A stretch of 63,291 bases of DNA, the filler included, from Pelomyxa schiedti (lineage: Eukaryota > Protista > Evosea), in assembly GCA_020536535.1 (NCBI GenBank). It is 6 parts of 6 records of this genome, joined end to end, with 100 filler letters (N's around TTAATTAATTAA, not from the genome) between each part and the next. Parts side by side here need not be neighbours in the genome. Positions count along the whole stretch, not along the records: positions 33,739 to 44,899 come from JAHLWZ010001245.1; positions 45,000 to 46,069 come from JAHLWZ010002895.1; positions 46,170 to 61,066 come from JAHLWZ010001162.1; 3 more parts are not named here. One strand, written 5' to 3'. The notes under the pieces are model-generated. The model was given only the letters and a program-made list of their open reading frames with translations. It was not told the DNA's origin and made no database searches. Both the position numbers and the translations under genes were made by a program. Positions 34,231 through 48,268 of the stretch are shown here, in pieces. The number at the start of each line of letters is the position of its first letter. Within the stretch, counting starts at the first letter, position 1.

Positions 34231-35235
34231 GTGTAATTACGGTCGACGCGTAGGGGTATTCCTTGAAATCTACAGATCCGCTACGATTCCCATAACGCAG
34301 CGCCTCCCGCGGTGCTGGAGGTGTCTTGGCTTGTGTGCGGCAAGGGGAAGGAGGGTATGCAATACCAGCTCAAGTATACAACAGTGGGGGTTACATTGTG
34401 CAGTAGAGAGGGTGTCACAGTTGTGAGGGCATGATGTGGAAAGAATAACGTGTGTTATCAGCAATGCAATTGGTATAGTGATCATAGTACACATTCCAAC
34501 AACTTGCTAATAAATCTTGGCATTAACTGCTAACTCATGTATGCCAGTGTTTGAAGTTCCATAGCAAATCTGTCACTGAAGGCTGTTTGGGTATGGTGGT
34601 GTTCTATGTAATAGTAGTGGCAGCTTCGGAGCTCCAATGGCCACCCAGGAAGGACACTGCCAACAGCTCCTGCAGCTCACTGGGTCGACCAGAACTGCTG
34701 CTGCACACTCAACTGAGAACCTGCTTGATTGGTAAACATGGTTGTGTTACAATGTGGGAAATTTTGCTACAAAGTGCATGTACATCCTTATCTAATTTTG
34801 GTGCATGGTGTGCAATTGAGACTAACCGAGGTGGACCTTGTGAGGGATAAAGAGTAAAAATCCTGTGGTGCAGCTTCTCATGTTTTCAAGCCAAATAAGG
34901 TCAAGAGTCATTGAGACACTGATTGAAAGCCAAAGATGTGGTCTTACATCATTTCAATGCAATGTTCATTGCAACCTATTTGGGGGTGTTACCAGTAATG
35001 ATTCAGTCTGGCAATCAAAAGTACAACATTTTTTTTGGGTGATTGTACTTGTGGGATGTTGTTTGGATGTGGACATGGATCCAACTCCTCACGTGGTAAC
35101 ACAGAGAAAAACACAACATGTTGATGGGTAGTGTGGCGTAGTGCGTGGTGTGTAAGTCAGCCCCACCATTCCCCTACTTTCATTCCTTTAAACGCCTTTT
35201 TCCCCAGGTGTATCAACACTAATTTCATTGTTACG

Positions 35236-37707
35236 ATGAGAACAGACACTACACATTCGGCCGTCGCGACTGGTTGCACGACGGCCTTGCCTGCGCCAAC
35301 TGAGACGACAACAACAACTGCGACGACCCATAATCGCCGACGCAGCGCCGCCGCGGTGCTCGAGGTGTCCCGTCTCGTGTGGGACACGGTAGTGTCGGGT
35401 GGTTGGATCGATAATAATAACTGCAGCAATTGTTGTTGTGCTGCTGTGTGGCACTGTTCAGGGTGGCCGAGGCCATGTTCCCGCTCGTGGCACTCGTGTC
35501 CAAGAGGGTGCTCAGAAACATCGCCGCTGCCAACAGCATCACCATCAGAGGAGACGTGGAACCGGAGGGCATCAACGCCCCCCTGCGTGTGTGTTTCTCG
35601 TCGTATGACGCGCTGGTCGACGCTGCCAGAGCACCGGCCACGTCGTGCATACAGTGGATGCTGAGCTACATCCATGACAACGGCAGCAGCATCGGAAGCA
35701 GGGGCGCCGCGATCAGCAGTAGGAAATCCGCGGCGTCATATGCTGAAGCGTGGCAGACAGGGCGCGCTGTGAAGGAGGTTGTTGCTGTGTTGCACGGGCT
35801 GTGCACTGGTGGCCACGTCGATTTGGCGAGAAGGTTCATTGGCGATGGTGAATCGCGCTGTTCTGGAACTTTCCCGATGTTGTGGGATGGCAGGTGTGTC
35901 AAGGGGTGGACAAGGGCATGCAATTCTAACAGCAACAGCAACAGCAACAGCAGTCAGAGCACAGGAAGCGACGGTGGTGATCATTGTGCAGAGGAGATGA
36001 GTGTTGGTGATGGTGGCGTAGGTGCACTGAGGAAGAGGGTTTTGGAGTACGTGAGGGCAGGGTGTGGGAAGTATAACTTGATTCAGGGTGTGTGTGCTCT
36101 GGGAAACTTGGAGGCTCTCAAGTGGCTGATTGGTGTTCTGGGAATTGGGAACGACGACTGGTGGATGTTGTACGGGCCAATGTGCAGTGCCGCAGCAAAT
36201 GGAAAGATGCAAGTCTTGGAGTGGATTCATGGTGAGTGCCATTTCGAAACTCTTGATCTTGTTGTGGAGTGTGCCAGTGGCACAGTTCCTGGCTGCACCA
36301 AGTGGGTTCTTGACAGCTTCCATGTCGAGCTTGACCATAACATTATTTATCACTTGTTGAGAAATAAAGACTGCAAAGTTGAAGATTGCCAGTGGGCGGT
36401 GGACGCCTTGGAGGAGGAAACAAGAAGGAACTGGATTCCGCCCTATGGAGAAATCAAGAACGCAGAAGTGTTCAAGTTGGCAACAAGGGTGTTCCCATTT
36501 GACCACAGGGATGAAAGAAGCATCAACAACCTCTTGAAATACCATGGTGATGTCGCTCTCGCTGAGTGGCTCGTCACTGAGGAGTCATTTGCACCATCAC
36601 CTGACACATTTGCTGCAGCATGTTCCACATCCCCCAAAAACGGTTCCTCCTTGGCAAAGTGGCTGTCAACAAGGGTGACACTCTCTCAGTCTGATGCACT
36701 TCGTTCTCTGAAGGAGGCACTCCTCTGGAACAACACAGAAGTTGCTGACTGGCTTGAGGAGTCATTCCATGTGATTGATGGAATACAATCCAACCCTGAG
36801 GTTGCACGCATCACATTGGCTGAAACCTGCATTGGTGCCTATGGTGCGGGTGATGGAGTTGCTGGTTTGAAGTGGCTCATCGAGCACCTCTCACATCCCG
36901 TCATGGACAGCTCATCACATGACATGTTTGTGGTTGATACCATTTTGGGTGCTCTCGGTTCTGGCCATCTGCAAGCTGTTGTTGTTCTTTTGGATTATTT
37001 CACTGGGTTTGAACCACAGCGACATCCAGTTCTTGTTGAGAAATTGGTGATGGAGTTCATCTATTCAGGAGATGCAATGACCCTGCAGCACATTTTGAAC
37101 AGGTGTTGTGCTGGCACTCCATCCACTTCCACCACTGCCACAAGGGAATTGATTGTGAAATGCCTCACTTCTGGTCCATTCCCACTGCCACACTCAAGCA
37201 AGATCGTGAAGTGGCTGATCAGTGAGTATCACCTCGAGTATGAACACATCAGAAGGTGCTCGCATTTGATCTTGTTCAAGCTCCTTTCGAGGAGGAAGAA
37301 CAGGTGCGCACAGTGGCTCATTGAGTCCTTTTCCATCCCTCCCTCTGATGTGTGTACCATCCTTTTTTTTCCCTCTCACTCCAACAACCCCCACATCTTT
37401 ACAGATTTTGGACATGGCCAAAAAGTGGTGCAAACCAAACAACAACATTGACCTTTCATCGTTGCAGATGCTTGTCAACAAGTTCCCCAGCATCACCAAG
37501 TTGATCAGACAGAAAACCATGATGATGATGCTTGTGATACAGTCGCCACATTCCGTGCTGCACGCCATCAGTCATTGTGGGATCACACTGGATGAGGTTC
37601 GAGACTACTGTGGGCCTCGGAAAATCAACAGGAACACACTGACACATGAGATGAAGATGTGGCTGGGTCTGTGGCACCCTTCACTGATGAAAGATACATC
37701 AACATAA
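35236..37707 (+). CDS. Degenerate ankyrin-like helical-repeat protein, copy A; frameshift near 35430; intron 37350-37404
   Basis: Repeats such as ACxxGNLEALKWL, AAANGKMQVLEWI, ALLWNNTEVADWL; the N-terminus (EVSRLVWD) is out of frame with the main ORF, whereas it is in frame in copy B. Confidence 0.7.
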
Positions 37708-37765
37708 CGCTTGAAAGTTTTGAACAAGCAGGTGGCACCACCAGAATCCAAATTGGGTTTAATCC

Positions 37766-39149
37766 GTGATGATTCCAGGAAAAATAAAAGAAAGGATGCA
37801 AGCGGCAATGAATGGCGGAAGAGGGAATGAGCGGGAAGAGGGAATTGTGGGATTGCAGGGGTGGCGGGATCACCTTTTGTACAGCGTGTCGTGTTGCGCC
37901 AGGGACACAACAATAAAACTATTCCCCTGCGTATGTGTCTTGTCTCTTTTTTTGTCCCCTCTCCTCTTTTATTCCTCCTTTTATTCCTCCTTTTTTTTTT
38001 CCTTTTAACTGGTGTGTGAAGGTGTATTCTGTTGTATTGTTGATAATAGTTGGTGTGGATGACTGGTTTAACAACCGCGGACATTTCTTTGATGTTACCG
38101 ACGTTGCGGTACTCATTGCCAGCTTGTTGCTGGCAACTCACTTTCAATATGCATATTGAGTTCCAGAGCAGGATTCCAAGGCATTCTGGGAGCTCCACGG
38201 GTGGTCATTCATTTGTGCATTCCTTTTGAGCCCTCGTATTGCCTTGTGAGTGTGTGGTCTTTTTTATCAAGTACTTGTATTTAACTGACTTTTAAAAAAC
38301 CTTCAACCAAATCAAAAACTCAGGTTCTTGCTTGTTCGATTTCCATCGTACCTTGCTGTGGCTTTTGCCGTGTTGGATCCAAGTTCGGCCCTTTGCTATT
38401 TGGCTTGGAGAAGCAACTATCACCGCTCCAATCCCTTCTTGACTCTCGGCCTTGTTGTTTACAACTTTCTGCTGGTCGTAACTCAGATACAGTCAAGCGG
38501 AAGGCCCACGTTTGTCATCAGGGAAGGTCCGTTGTCTATTTCGAGGCTTCCTCCGTTCATTTCGGAGCGACTCATTCTCCTGAATACTCTTGTGTGTAAC
38601 ATCTCACTCGTGTTGTTTGTGTACAACATATTTATATTCCTAGATTGATTACATGCAACTTTTGGAACGGCGAAAATCAGACCTGTCTTCAGCAAATGGA
38701 CTGCTTCGCGGTGATGCAAATTCAGTGCAAGGCATGACGTTCAACCAACTTGTATCATTGCACAACCAGATTACCCACATTGGTGCCAGTGTGGAACAAG
38801 TATGCGCGCCCCATCATCCCCGATAATCAAACGCTTACTCTATTCTCAGGCATCCAACTTGAGAGCGGGCACGGCCGCCGGGAGCACTGCGTTGAGCCCG
38901 GTTGCATCACGATCGTCGTCGATGTCATCTACAAAAGCCCAAAACAAGCAGTGCACCATTTGCCAGACAAACAAGTCCACCATCACGCTTTTACCTTGCA
39001 AACACTTGTGCATGTGCTGGACGTGCTTTAAATCACACAGCGGATGTTCCTCGGCAGTGTGCCCAGTGTGCTCAACTCCAATCAATAACAGCATCAGACA
39101 CAGTTCATTCACTTCTCAGGTACAAACCGCGCTTTTAATTTGGTATTAA
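37766..39149 (+). CDS. Membrane protein with C-terminal C3HC4 RING (putative membrane E3 ligase); multi-exon
   Basis: Hydrophobic exons (FWELHGWSFICAFLLSPRIALFLL...NPFLTLGLVVYNFLLVV) followed by CTICQTNKSTITLLPCKHLCMCWTC...CPVC. Confidence 0.65.
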
Positions 39150-39273
39150 ATTTAAATAAATTGGATTCTATATTTAAATACGATTTGAACATTTACATCC
39201 AATATGAACATGAATAAATCATTAATATTAGAAAATAATAATTCCGCACCAGCCTTACTATTACCACAAGGTT

Positions 39274-40128
39274 TCACCCGAGCTTTTCAATTTCCAGTCT
39301 GTACATAACACCCACGACGCACTTGTTGATGCCGGTCTTTGGGACCAGCACCTCGCCTCCATTCACAACATTATGTCCGATAGTGCGTCGTGATCCAAGT
39401 ACTTATAATTATTTCCGGAAATAAAAATTTTGGCAATGAATGGGTTTGGGTACTTGTCTTGTCCGGTGCTCAAAATATCGAAAATTTCATAAAGTTGTCC
39501 CGGCATTGGGCTTAATGTGATTAAGAAAGTGCAGAAAAAAAGAGATACTCTTGTGTCCCTCCGTGAAATGATTCTACATAGCGAAGCAGCATGCTGTTTT
39601 CATTTCAACATCTTTGGCGGAATGGTAAGTGGCACAGTATTAGGTGCTCCCACCAACCTGTTGTGGAGAACATGCCACACGACGTGGATATAATAGCACT
39701 GCTAAAGATCAATCTCCGGACACTGATGATCCTTTGACTCAAAATATTGCCCAACTCCATTGAATGTCTCTTTGAAGGTTGCTGGGATATATATTACAGA
39801 ATACAATTATCAAGAGTTAAACTTGCAGGAAACTCACTGTAAGCAGTATACATACAGTCTTCAAAGATATTTGATAGTGTCCTGAAGAATGCATTTATAG
39901 GGATATAAAAGTACAACCAGGCAATTGGCTTAATCAGGGGAAGGTAGGATATATTTCCTCTCAACTGGATATTAAGGACTGAGACGGCAAATGAAAAATA
40001 ATTGGCCTACAAGATTTACCAAGTGGTATCAGAGCTCCACATTGTATTATTTCTTCAATGTATGCGACCTGCAAAATGGCCTTCGAGTGAAGATGGAAAT
40101 AAACAAAATACCATAACTCAGAATCCAT
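39274..40128 (-). CDS. Hypothetical multi-exon protein; model only partly resolved
   Basis: Spliceable exons (QCGALIPL|VLNIQLRGNISYLPLIKPIAWLYFYIP; GEVLVPKTGINKCVVGVMYRLE); the last exon has a homologous remnant at ~42975-43065. Confidence 0.4.
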
Positions 40129-40304
40129 GCAATTAGCAAGTGAGCATCCTACAGACTTCAAGAATGTTTGAAAGAGTACCACTGGCAACAAGCTCGTCAA
40201 CAACGGATCCTTGGTTTGGTTGGTGTGCGTGTTTGTTTGCGAAGTAACTACAAAACGTGGGTGCGCGGAGCCGTTGGTTGCGTACCTCGTTATTGTTTTC
40301 CGGA

Positions 40305-42942
40305 ATGGCAACAACACAACCCACATCAGCGACTGAGAGCGGCACAGCAACAGCCCCAACACCACCACCACAAACCGAGACGACAACAACAACTACAACG
40401 ACCCATAATCTCCAACGCAGCGCCGCCGCGGCGGTGGGGGTGCTGGAGGTGTCTCGGCTTGTGTGGGACATGGTCGTGTGCCACGGCTGGCTCGACGCAG
40501 GCACCAACACAAACATCGACGACGACAGCTGCTGCTTCTGTGACGGTTGTTGTTTCAGCGGGTCGTCGTCATCGCAGCAGCAGCAGCAAGGGGGGAACGT
40601 GACACTGTTCAGGGTGGCCGAGGCCATGTTCCCGCTCGTGGCACTCGTGTCCAAGAGGGTGCTCAAAAACATCGCCGCTGCCAACAACGTCTGCCACAGC
40701 AGGGGCATCATCAGCAGCATTGGAGAGGTGGAACCAGCCGGCTGCGAACCCCTGCGTGTGTGCTTCTCGTCGTACGATGTACTGGTTGACGCTGCCAGAG
40801 CATCGGCAACATCGTGCATACAGTGGATACTGCGTCACATTCATGACAACTGCAGCAGCAGCAGCAGAAGCAGGAGGAGGAGGAGTGTAATCAGCGGTAC
40901 CACCACCACAACAAGGACTGCTATTGTTGAAGAGTGGGAGACAGGGCGCGCTGTGAAGGAGGTTGTTGCTGTGTTGCATGGGCTGTGCACTGGCGGCCGC
41001 GTGGACTTGGCGAGAAGGTTCATTGGTGATGGCGAATCGTGCTGTTCTGGAACTTTCCCGATGTTGTGGGATGGCAGGTGTGTCAAGGGGTGGACAAGGG
41101 CATGCAATTCTAACAGAAACAGCAACAGCAACAGCAACAGCAGCAGTAACAGCAACAGCATTCAGAGCACAGGAAGCAATGGTGGCGGTGATCATTGTGC
41201 AGAGGAGATGAGTGGTGGGGGTGCACTGAAGAAGAGGGTTCTAGAGTACGTGAGGGCAGGGTGTGGGAAGTTTAACTTGATTCAGGGTGTGTGTGCTGCG
41301 GGAAACGTGGAGGTTCTCAAGTGGTTGGTTGGGGTTCTTGGAATTGGGAATGATGACTCCAGTTGGATGATGTACGGGCCGATGTGCAGTGCTGCCGATA
41401 AGGGACAGGTGCAAGTCTTGGAGTGGCTGTGTGGGGAGTTCCATTTCGAAACCCTTCATCAACAGCTACTTCGTGATCTCGTTGTGAAGTGTGCCAGTGG
41501 CACAGTTCCTGGCAGTACCAAGTGGGTTCTTGACAGGTTTCATGTCGAGCTTGACCGTAACCTTCTTTATCACTTGTTGAGAAATAAACACAGCAAAGTT
41601 GAAGATTGCCAGTGGGTGGTGGATTCCTTGGAGGAAGAAACAAGACGGAAGTGGAATCCACCCTATGGAGAAATCAAGAACGCAGAGGTGTTCAAGTGGG
41701 CAACAAGGGTGTTCCCATTTGACCACAGGGATGAAAGAAGCATCAACAACCTCTTGCAATACCATGGCGATGTCGCCCTCGCCGAGTGGCTCGTCACTGA
41801 GGAGTCATTTGCACCATCACCTGACTCATTTGTATCAGCATGTTCCACACCCCCCAAAAACGGTTCCTCCTTGGCAAAGTGGCTGTCAACAAGGGTGACA
41901 CTCTCTCAGTCTGATGCACTTCGTTCTCTGAAGGAGGCACTCCTCTGGAACAACACAGAAGTTGCTGACTGGCTTGAGGAGTCATTCCACCTGATGGATG
42001 GAATAAATGCCGATCCTGAATTAGCTCGCATCACATTGGTTGTAACCTGCATTGCGGGTGATGGAGTTGCTGGTGTGAAGTGGCTCATCAAGCACCTCTC
42101 ACATACTGACAGGTTTGTGGTTGATGCCATTTCAGGTGCTCTCGGTCCTGACCGTCTGCAAGTTGTTGTTGCTCTTCTGGATTACTTCCCTGGGTTCGAA
42201 CCACAGAGACACCCAGTTTTGTTTGAGAAATTGGTGAAGGAGCTCCTGAATTCAGGAGATGCAGTGACCCTGCAGCGCATTTTGAGTTGTTGTGGAGGCA
42301 CTGCTTCCAGTGCAACCACTTCAGCCACAGACACAAGGGATTTGGTTGTGGATTGCCTCACTTCTGGTCCACTCCATCAGCTACGTTCAAGTAAGATCGT
42401 GAAGTGGCTGATCAGTGAGTATCACCTCGAGTATGAGCACATCAGAAGGTGCTCACACGTTATTTTGTTCAAGCTCCTTTCGAGGAGGAAGAACAGGTGC
42501 GCACAGTGGCTCATTGAATCCTTTTCCATCCCTCCCTCTGATGTGTGTACTGTGTACCCCCCATTCCTTCCTTTTTTTTTTCCCCAACACCACCCTTTGA
42601 GCTCACCAGTTTTTCTGAAAACCCACCTCTTGACAGATTATCGAAATGGCCAAAAAGTGGTGCAAACCAACCAGCAACATTGACATTTCATCATTTCAGA
42701 TGCTCCTCAGCAAGTTCCCCAGCATCACCAAGTTGATCAGGCAGAAAACCACGATGATGATGCTTGTGATACAGTCGCCACATTCCGTCATGCACGCCGT
42801 TGGTCATTGTGGGATCACACTGGATGAGGTTCGAGACTACTGTGGGCCTCGGAAAATAAACAGGAACACACTGACACATGAGACAAAGATGTGGCTGGGT
42901 GTGTGGCACCCTTCACTGATGAAAGATACATCAACAACCTGA
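40305..42942 (+). CDS. Degenerate ankyrin-like helical-repeat protein, copy B (intact)
   Basis: Long ORF plus a terminal exon after one intron; highly similar to 35236-37707. Confidence 0.8.
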
Positions 42943-43106
42943 ATATAATAATGATGTAAGTCCACTCCAATAGCCAGCCTTACTACACTACAACTTCCAG
43001 TATGTACATAACACCCACAATGCACTTGTTGATGCTGGTCTTTGTGACCAGCACCTCGCCACCCATTGTTTTACACTTACACGAAAATCAAAACTTTTGA
43101 TTTGAA

Positions 43107-44209
43107 ATGGAAATCTTTCCCGTAACAACGACAACGACGACTTCAGGAACTACAACAGCAACCCAGTCCCATAATGACTCACCCACCAAGGAAACCGCCA
43201 AGGTGGGTGGCACACCGCTCCGTGCCGTGAGTACAACAAGTTGTGACGTGGATGGCAATCAAAATGTCGAAACAAGATCACAAAAATTCGGCGCATCTAC
43301 GTTTGTACCCCATCAAAAACTGGGTGTCAATTGTGTCCTAAATCCAGCACGCAGAGCATTATTCCCTGGAAGCAAGGTATTGAGCCAAGACCTTGCCAAC
43401 AAGTTGCACAGTATGGTGGTGCAAGCGGAGAGGGAAAAAGGCCAGAAACTACAATTTCCGCACTGGAGACTGCTGTGGCGTGGAACTGATGATGGATTCG
43501 AAGCAGTCACTTTTCACCGGCTCTGTGACAACCAAGGACCTACCATATCCGTTATCAGAACCCATTCGAGAGTAGACTGTAGTTCCTTTTCACAAAACAA
43601 TGGAAATATAATGAATGCAACCCAGATTCTTACAGTGATTACAATATTCACCCTTCTGCACAGATATCTTTGGAGGCTACACACCACTTCAATTTCAAAG
43701 CACCACCTTTGGATATCGTGGGGGCTGTTCCGGTATACCAAACCATAGTACCACATTAACAGCTCGATAATATATTATTAATACACATTTAAAATATTGA
43801 TACTATATAAATTTATTAATTTAGATAATTGATAATACTCATTATATAAATATAATCTATGTTAAATAATCAAATCCACGGTGCAGGCCGCACTTTTGTG
43901 TACAGCCTTGTGAGGGCTGGTGCACCAACAGGCCTGATTCTGCGCTGCATGGACCATGAACACTGCATATTCGACTATCCCAGCCGCGGACCTGTTTATG
44001 GTGGGGGATGCTGTCTACATATTGCCGATTTGTGCAATGAATCAACAGGGAACTACTCAAACACATCAGCACCAAAGGGTCTGTACTGTGAGGCACCCCC
44101 TTTGAACCTGGATGGGGGTGATGATTCCACTGCATATCTGACTGGTGATTTTGGGGGGTGGTTGGTTGCTGAGATTGAAGTCTGGTGCAACTCCACAGAC
44201 TTACTGTGA
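43107..44209 (+). CDS. TLDc domain protein; multi-exon
   Basis: WRLLWRGTDDGFEAVTFHRLCDNQGPTISVI, IFGGY, GPVYGGG..LHIAD, VAEIEVW. Confidence 0.9.
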
Positions 44210-44999
44210 GTATATCTCATAAACTCAATAGAAAGTGGTGAGAACAATCACACCGCGATTCCTGATTGCGGACACACCAGGGGACACCCACCCTGTGTTG
44301 GCGCCACAAAAACAAAAACGAAAAACAACACGCACAACGGTGCGGCGCTCAGTGGCGCCACACAAAGCAACAACAGGAAATAGTTTGAAGCAGCGTGTCC
44401 GACAGACATACACCGGGGGCAAATGAGAAAAACAGAATTTTTTTAGTGAGCAAGGCAGCGTGAAGCGGATGTTTTGTGCGGCGGGGCGGTTGGCGCGGCG
44501 GCAGCGCGGCGTGTGTGTTCGTTGAATCGGGTCTCGCCGCGGCTGCGCGGCCTTGAACATAAATGGCATGTTTGGGTTTTGGTGATTGTTCAGTGGCTTG
44601 TGTCTTTTGATTATTGCTAGAACCACAAAAAAAATCGACGAGGGGAGGCCATGCCGCCAGTGGACAAGCAGAACCCATTGCTTTTTGTTGTCTTCTTCGC
44701 CACAACTTGTTATTATTTTATTTACCGGATAAATATTGTGTTTTGAATTTTATTATTTAACGAATTTATTTTTAAATGATTATAATGTATTAACTTCTTT
44801 ATTATTAATTAAAATTATTAATTATTAAATAATAATTAAGTTTAAAATTATTAAATAAGTATAATTACGCCTCCAGTTCTTTTTTCCATTCAACCTGTAN
44901 NNNNNNNNNNNNNNNNNNNNNNNNNNNNNNNNNNNNNNNNNNNTTAATTAATTAANNNNNNNNNNNNNNNNNNNNNNNNNNNNNNNNNNNNNNNNNNNN

Positions 45000-45854
45000 G
45001 TTTCCAAAGCACAGGCACAACACACGCAAAACCTCACTACAGCATTCGACTCTTGCAGTTTCACCAATGTGTGTTACACCATGCAACACAACAGCACCGC
45101 CCTCACCGCCGCTATCCTTCCGCCCAACAACCCCAACCCCAACCCCGCCACCACCACCACAACAACAACAGAAGCAACCATCACGATGATTCCTCTTCAA
45201 CTACTAGCACTACCACTGCCCCCACAACAGCCGTGGCTCCAAAGCAGAACCGCGAGCCTGCATCGTCGCACTCGTAGTCACCAGCACCAACAACAAACAA
45301 GATTCTCTGACTCATAGGCAACAACACCATGAATAACAGCAATGAGAACTTGTTGTAATGGTGTGGTTACTGGCCTAAAGAAATAATACTTTGATTTTCT
45401 TTTTTCGAAAAAGCGAAATCGCAATAGATCACTTTCGTGTTTTCCAGGGCATTGTAGGGTAGCTTAAAAGTGACCACTGGGAGGAGTTAGGGTAAGTTTA
45501 TGAAGAGGGTAAGGGTACCGACAGAATGGATCGTAGATTCGGTAATTAAATAACCCTTTAGCCGCAGAAGCCGATTGAATCGCGGTGCATCACGATGAAC
45601 TCTGTATTAACCGTGTGGTGAGGAATTGTGATGGATCGGTGAGTGTTCCAAGGACTCTGCTGTTCCCATTTCATTGCAAGACAACTGGGCACAACCCACA
45701 ACTTGTGATGAAATGGGAACAGCAGAGTCCTTGGAACACTCGTGATTGTTGAGGAGGTGCTGTTGTGTTGCATGGTGTAACACACATTGGTGAAACTGCA
45801 AGAGTCGAATGCTGTAGTGAGGTTTTGCGTGTGTTGTGCCTGTGCTTTGGAAAC
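45000..45854. repeat. Perfect 99-bp inverted repeat (45000-45098 / 45756-45854)
   Basis: Direct reverse-complement match; the left arm starts at the first base of the contig. Confidence 0.9.
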
Positions 45855-46169
45855 TTTAGTGGTTTTTTTCTGAGAACTGATGACTGATGGGTCTGAGGCC
45901 CTCTTCGTTTTTCCCCCCTTGTGTTGGTTTTTCTCACTCAACCCTAGTGAGGATGGAAGCGAAGTGGGAGCGGAGGTTTTTTTTTACCAAAACCTCTTAT
46001 TCGCGTTTTACTTTGTTTTGTCTTTGTCCTGTTAATTTATTTTAATTTAATTGTTTATTTCGTTTTCTTNNNNNNNNNNNNNNNNNNNNNNNNNNNNNNN
46101 NNNNNNNNNNNNNTTAATTAATTAANNNNNNNNNNNNNNNNNNNNNNNNNNNNNNNNNNNNNNNNNNNN

Positions 46170-48139
46170 CGCTTTGATGAACAAGAAACCGTCGAACTGT
46201 TTAAGGCATCTGCTAAGGCCAAGCCTGCAGGAGGTCATTGCTACAACCTCCCATAAGACTCTTCTGCACAAACTAACTTCTTTATGAGTAGGTGAAGAAT
46301 CCAAAGATGCCAGTACAAGTAAAAAGGAGAGCACTGCAGCTAAATCGAGCAAAAGTGCGAGTGCTGGAAAAGTACTGGAAGACAAACTACAACAGAATCT
46401 CAATATTATGATCACCAAGTTCAAACTGGTACGAGCTTTTTCATCTCTATTCAGATTCAGTGGGGCACACATCAATACGACTCTTGTGTTTTGCCCGATG
46501 TGACCAATTTCAAAGAAACCAGAAAATATGGTTAAGACTGCCCTTGGTGAAGGAGGAGATGGGGATTACGACCTCGAAAAATGGGAATTGCTCAGTAAAT
46601 TTACTCCTCCTCGAGAGCAGGTCGTTCAAAACAATCGTGAGCTTGATTTTCTCAGAAACCATTCAGATAGAAGCTATGCATGCCAAAATGGAGGAAGAGA
46701 AGGACTACCCAGCAAGTGGTGCAGAACTATACGTCAACTCGGTAAACTACTGCCACTTTTTTCCCCCATTCATTTGTCTAGCTTTACCCAGTGCAATTTC
46801 CCAAAGAAAAGTTTGAGGCTCATGTCTATAGGCTGGGCTTCGATGAAACGTTGTGCATGGCTATGCGTGTATGCCTGAGTCTGTCCTTTCATTGTTCAGT
46901 TGCATATTCAATTTCCTTTAGAACCTGGAAGTCTTCGCTAAGGCATCCACAGAGCTTGCTAACTGCCCTAAAATGTGGACTGTTTTGCATGTTACTTTTT
47001 CCATTCTATTTTTATTGCTAAATTGGTGTAGACGTTAAAAAATCTTGGAAATTTTATGAACAAATCATTCAATCAACCTCCAATTATTGGCTTTTCTTTG
47101 GACAATTTAGACAAGGTTTCCTCCAAGAAGAAGTCATCTCTTTCCTGAGAGAAAAAAAAAAAAAGTTAAAACTGACTCGATCCAATTCTTGGGAAGGCTA
47201 CTCACTGTACCATCACACAATCGTCACACTTGAAAAGTGCAGCCCGGAAAGCCTAAGCTTCATTGAAGAAATTCCGAATCTTCGCCCTGCATTCGATAGT
47301 GTGCCCATTTTCCATTTTAGGTGGTACAACAGCTCACCTACAATAACAGGAGATTTTAAAGACGCAGAAAAACTAGTAAATGAATTAATCGACAATGTCC
47401 TCAAATTAGAGGACGAATTGAATAGCAAGCATGCTGCTTCCACATCATTTGTCAAATTTCTCACAGTATGTGGAACAGTACATAAATACATGCTTACCAT
47501 TTCCTCAACAGGAGTTTCTAAACTACGCAAAATCCAAGTCCGGCTCACTCCTGGACACTGCAAGAACTGCAAAGTCCGATTTTGATAAGTGCATGAAATT
47601 GTATTGCTATACACCACCTGTTGGGATTGTCGACTTCTCTGGGATCATAAAGGAGTTTCTGAAAGTGATTGTAACCTTCGTCGATGATTGGAATGTGAGA
47701 TTTCAGTGATTTGTACTCTTGCGAACTCACCGTAATTTCACAGGCTTCTCTAGCCTTCCTCGCCAAAAAACGGGACGCTGACCAGAAGAAAAAGGATGAG
47801 GAAGAAAAGGCAGCCCGGAAAGCTGAAGAAAAACTCCGCAAAGAAAGAGAAAAAGCAGCCGCAGCCGGCGGGGATTCCTCCTCCTCATCAGAATCCAGCC
47901 CAGGGCTCAGGCGCCGAGTCGGAACCTCCACTATCAAGTCCTCCTCATCCGGCCTGTCATCCACACCAGCCACAGCCCGCAAATCCAAGGCGCCATCAGC
48001 AGATGACGAGGAGTCCATTGTCAGCAGTATGTTGGATTCCCTCATGCCCACGAAAAAGCCAGCTGCCGACGGGCCTCTCAAGAGCAAGAGGGTGGGAGCT
48101 CTGGTGAAAAGAACCGTTGTCAAGAAGGACAGCAGTTAG
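46170..48139 (+). CDS. Formin, FH2 domain and C-terminal tail (5'-truncated); multi-exon
   Basis: VLEDKLQQNLNIMITKFK, LGNFMNKSFNQPPIIGFSLDNLDK (GNxMN...GFxL motif), terminal helix SDFDKCMKLY followed by a charged coiled coil. Confidence 0.87.
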
Positions 48140-48268
48140 CTGCGCTGGGAGCACCACAACCAACCTAAACCTATTTCTATTTTTCTAATTGGCTTAATTC
48201 TTCGGGAATCTGCGTTTTTGCCTGTGTCACGAACGTTCGCGATTAATTTCGATAAAAATCAAAAGAAA

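Noticed and set aside
38150-38165. In-frame TGA (AY*VPEQ) suggesting selenocysteine or readthrough
   Set aside because: A GT-AG intron (~38109-38171) removes it and keeps the frame; no SECIS evidence.
44700-44899. Extremely AT-rich tract as origin or centromere-like element
   Set aside because: At a contig end with no repeat structure; similar tracts occur in introns and intergenic regions (43780-43860, 39140-39240).
45000-45854. 99-bp perfect inverted repeat as MITE/TIR or hairpin RNA
   Set aside because: One arm begins at the contig's first base, with no TSD or transposase; could be an amplification chimera or assembly edge; no convincing ORF.
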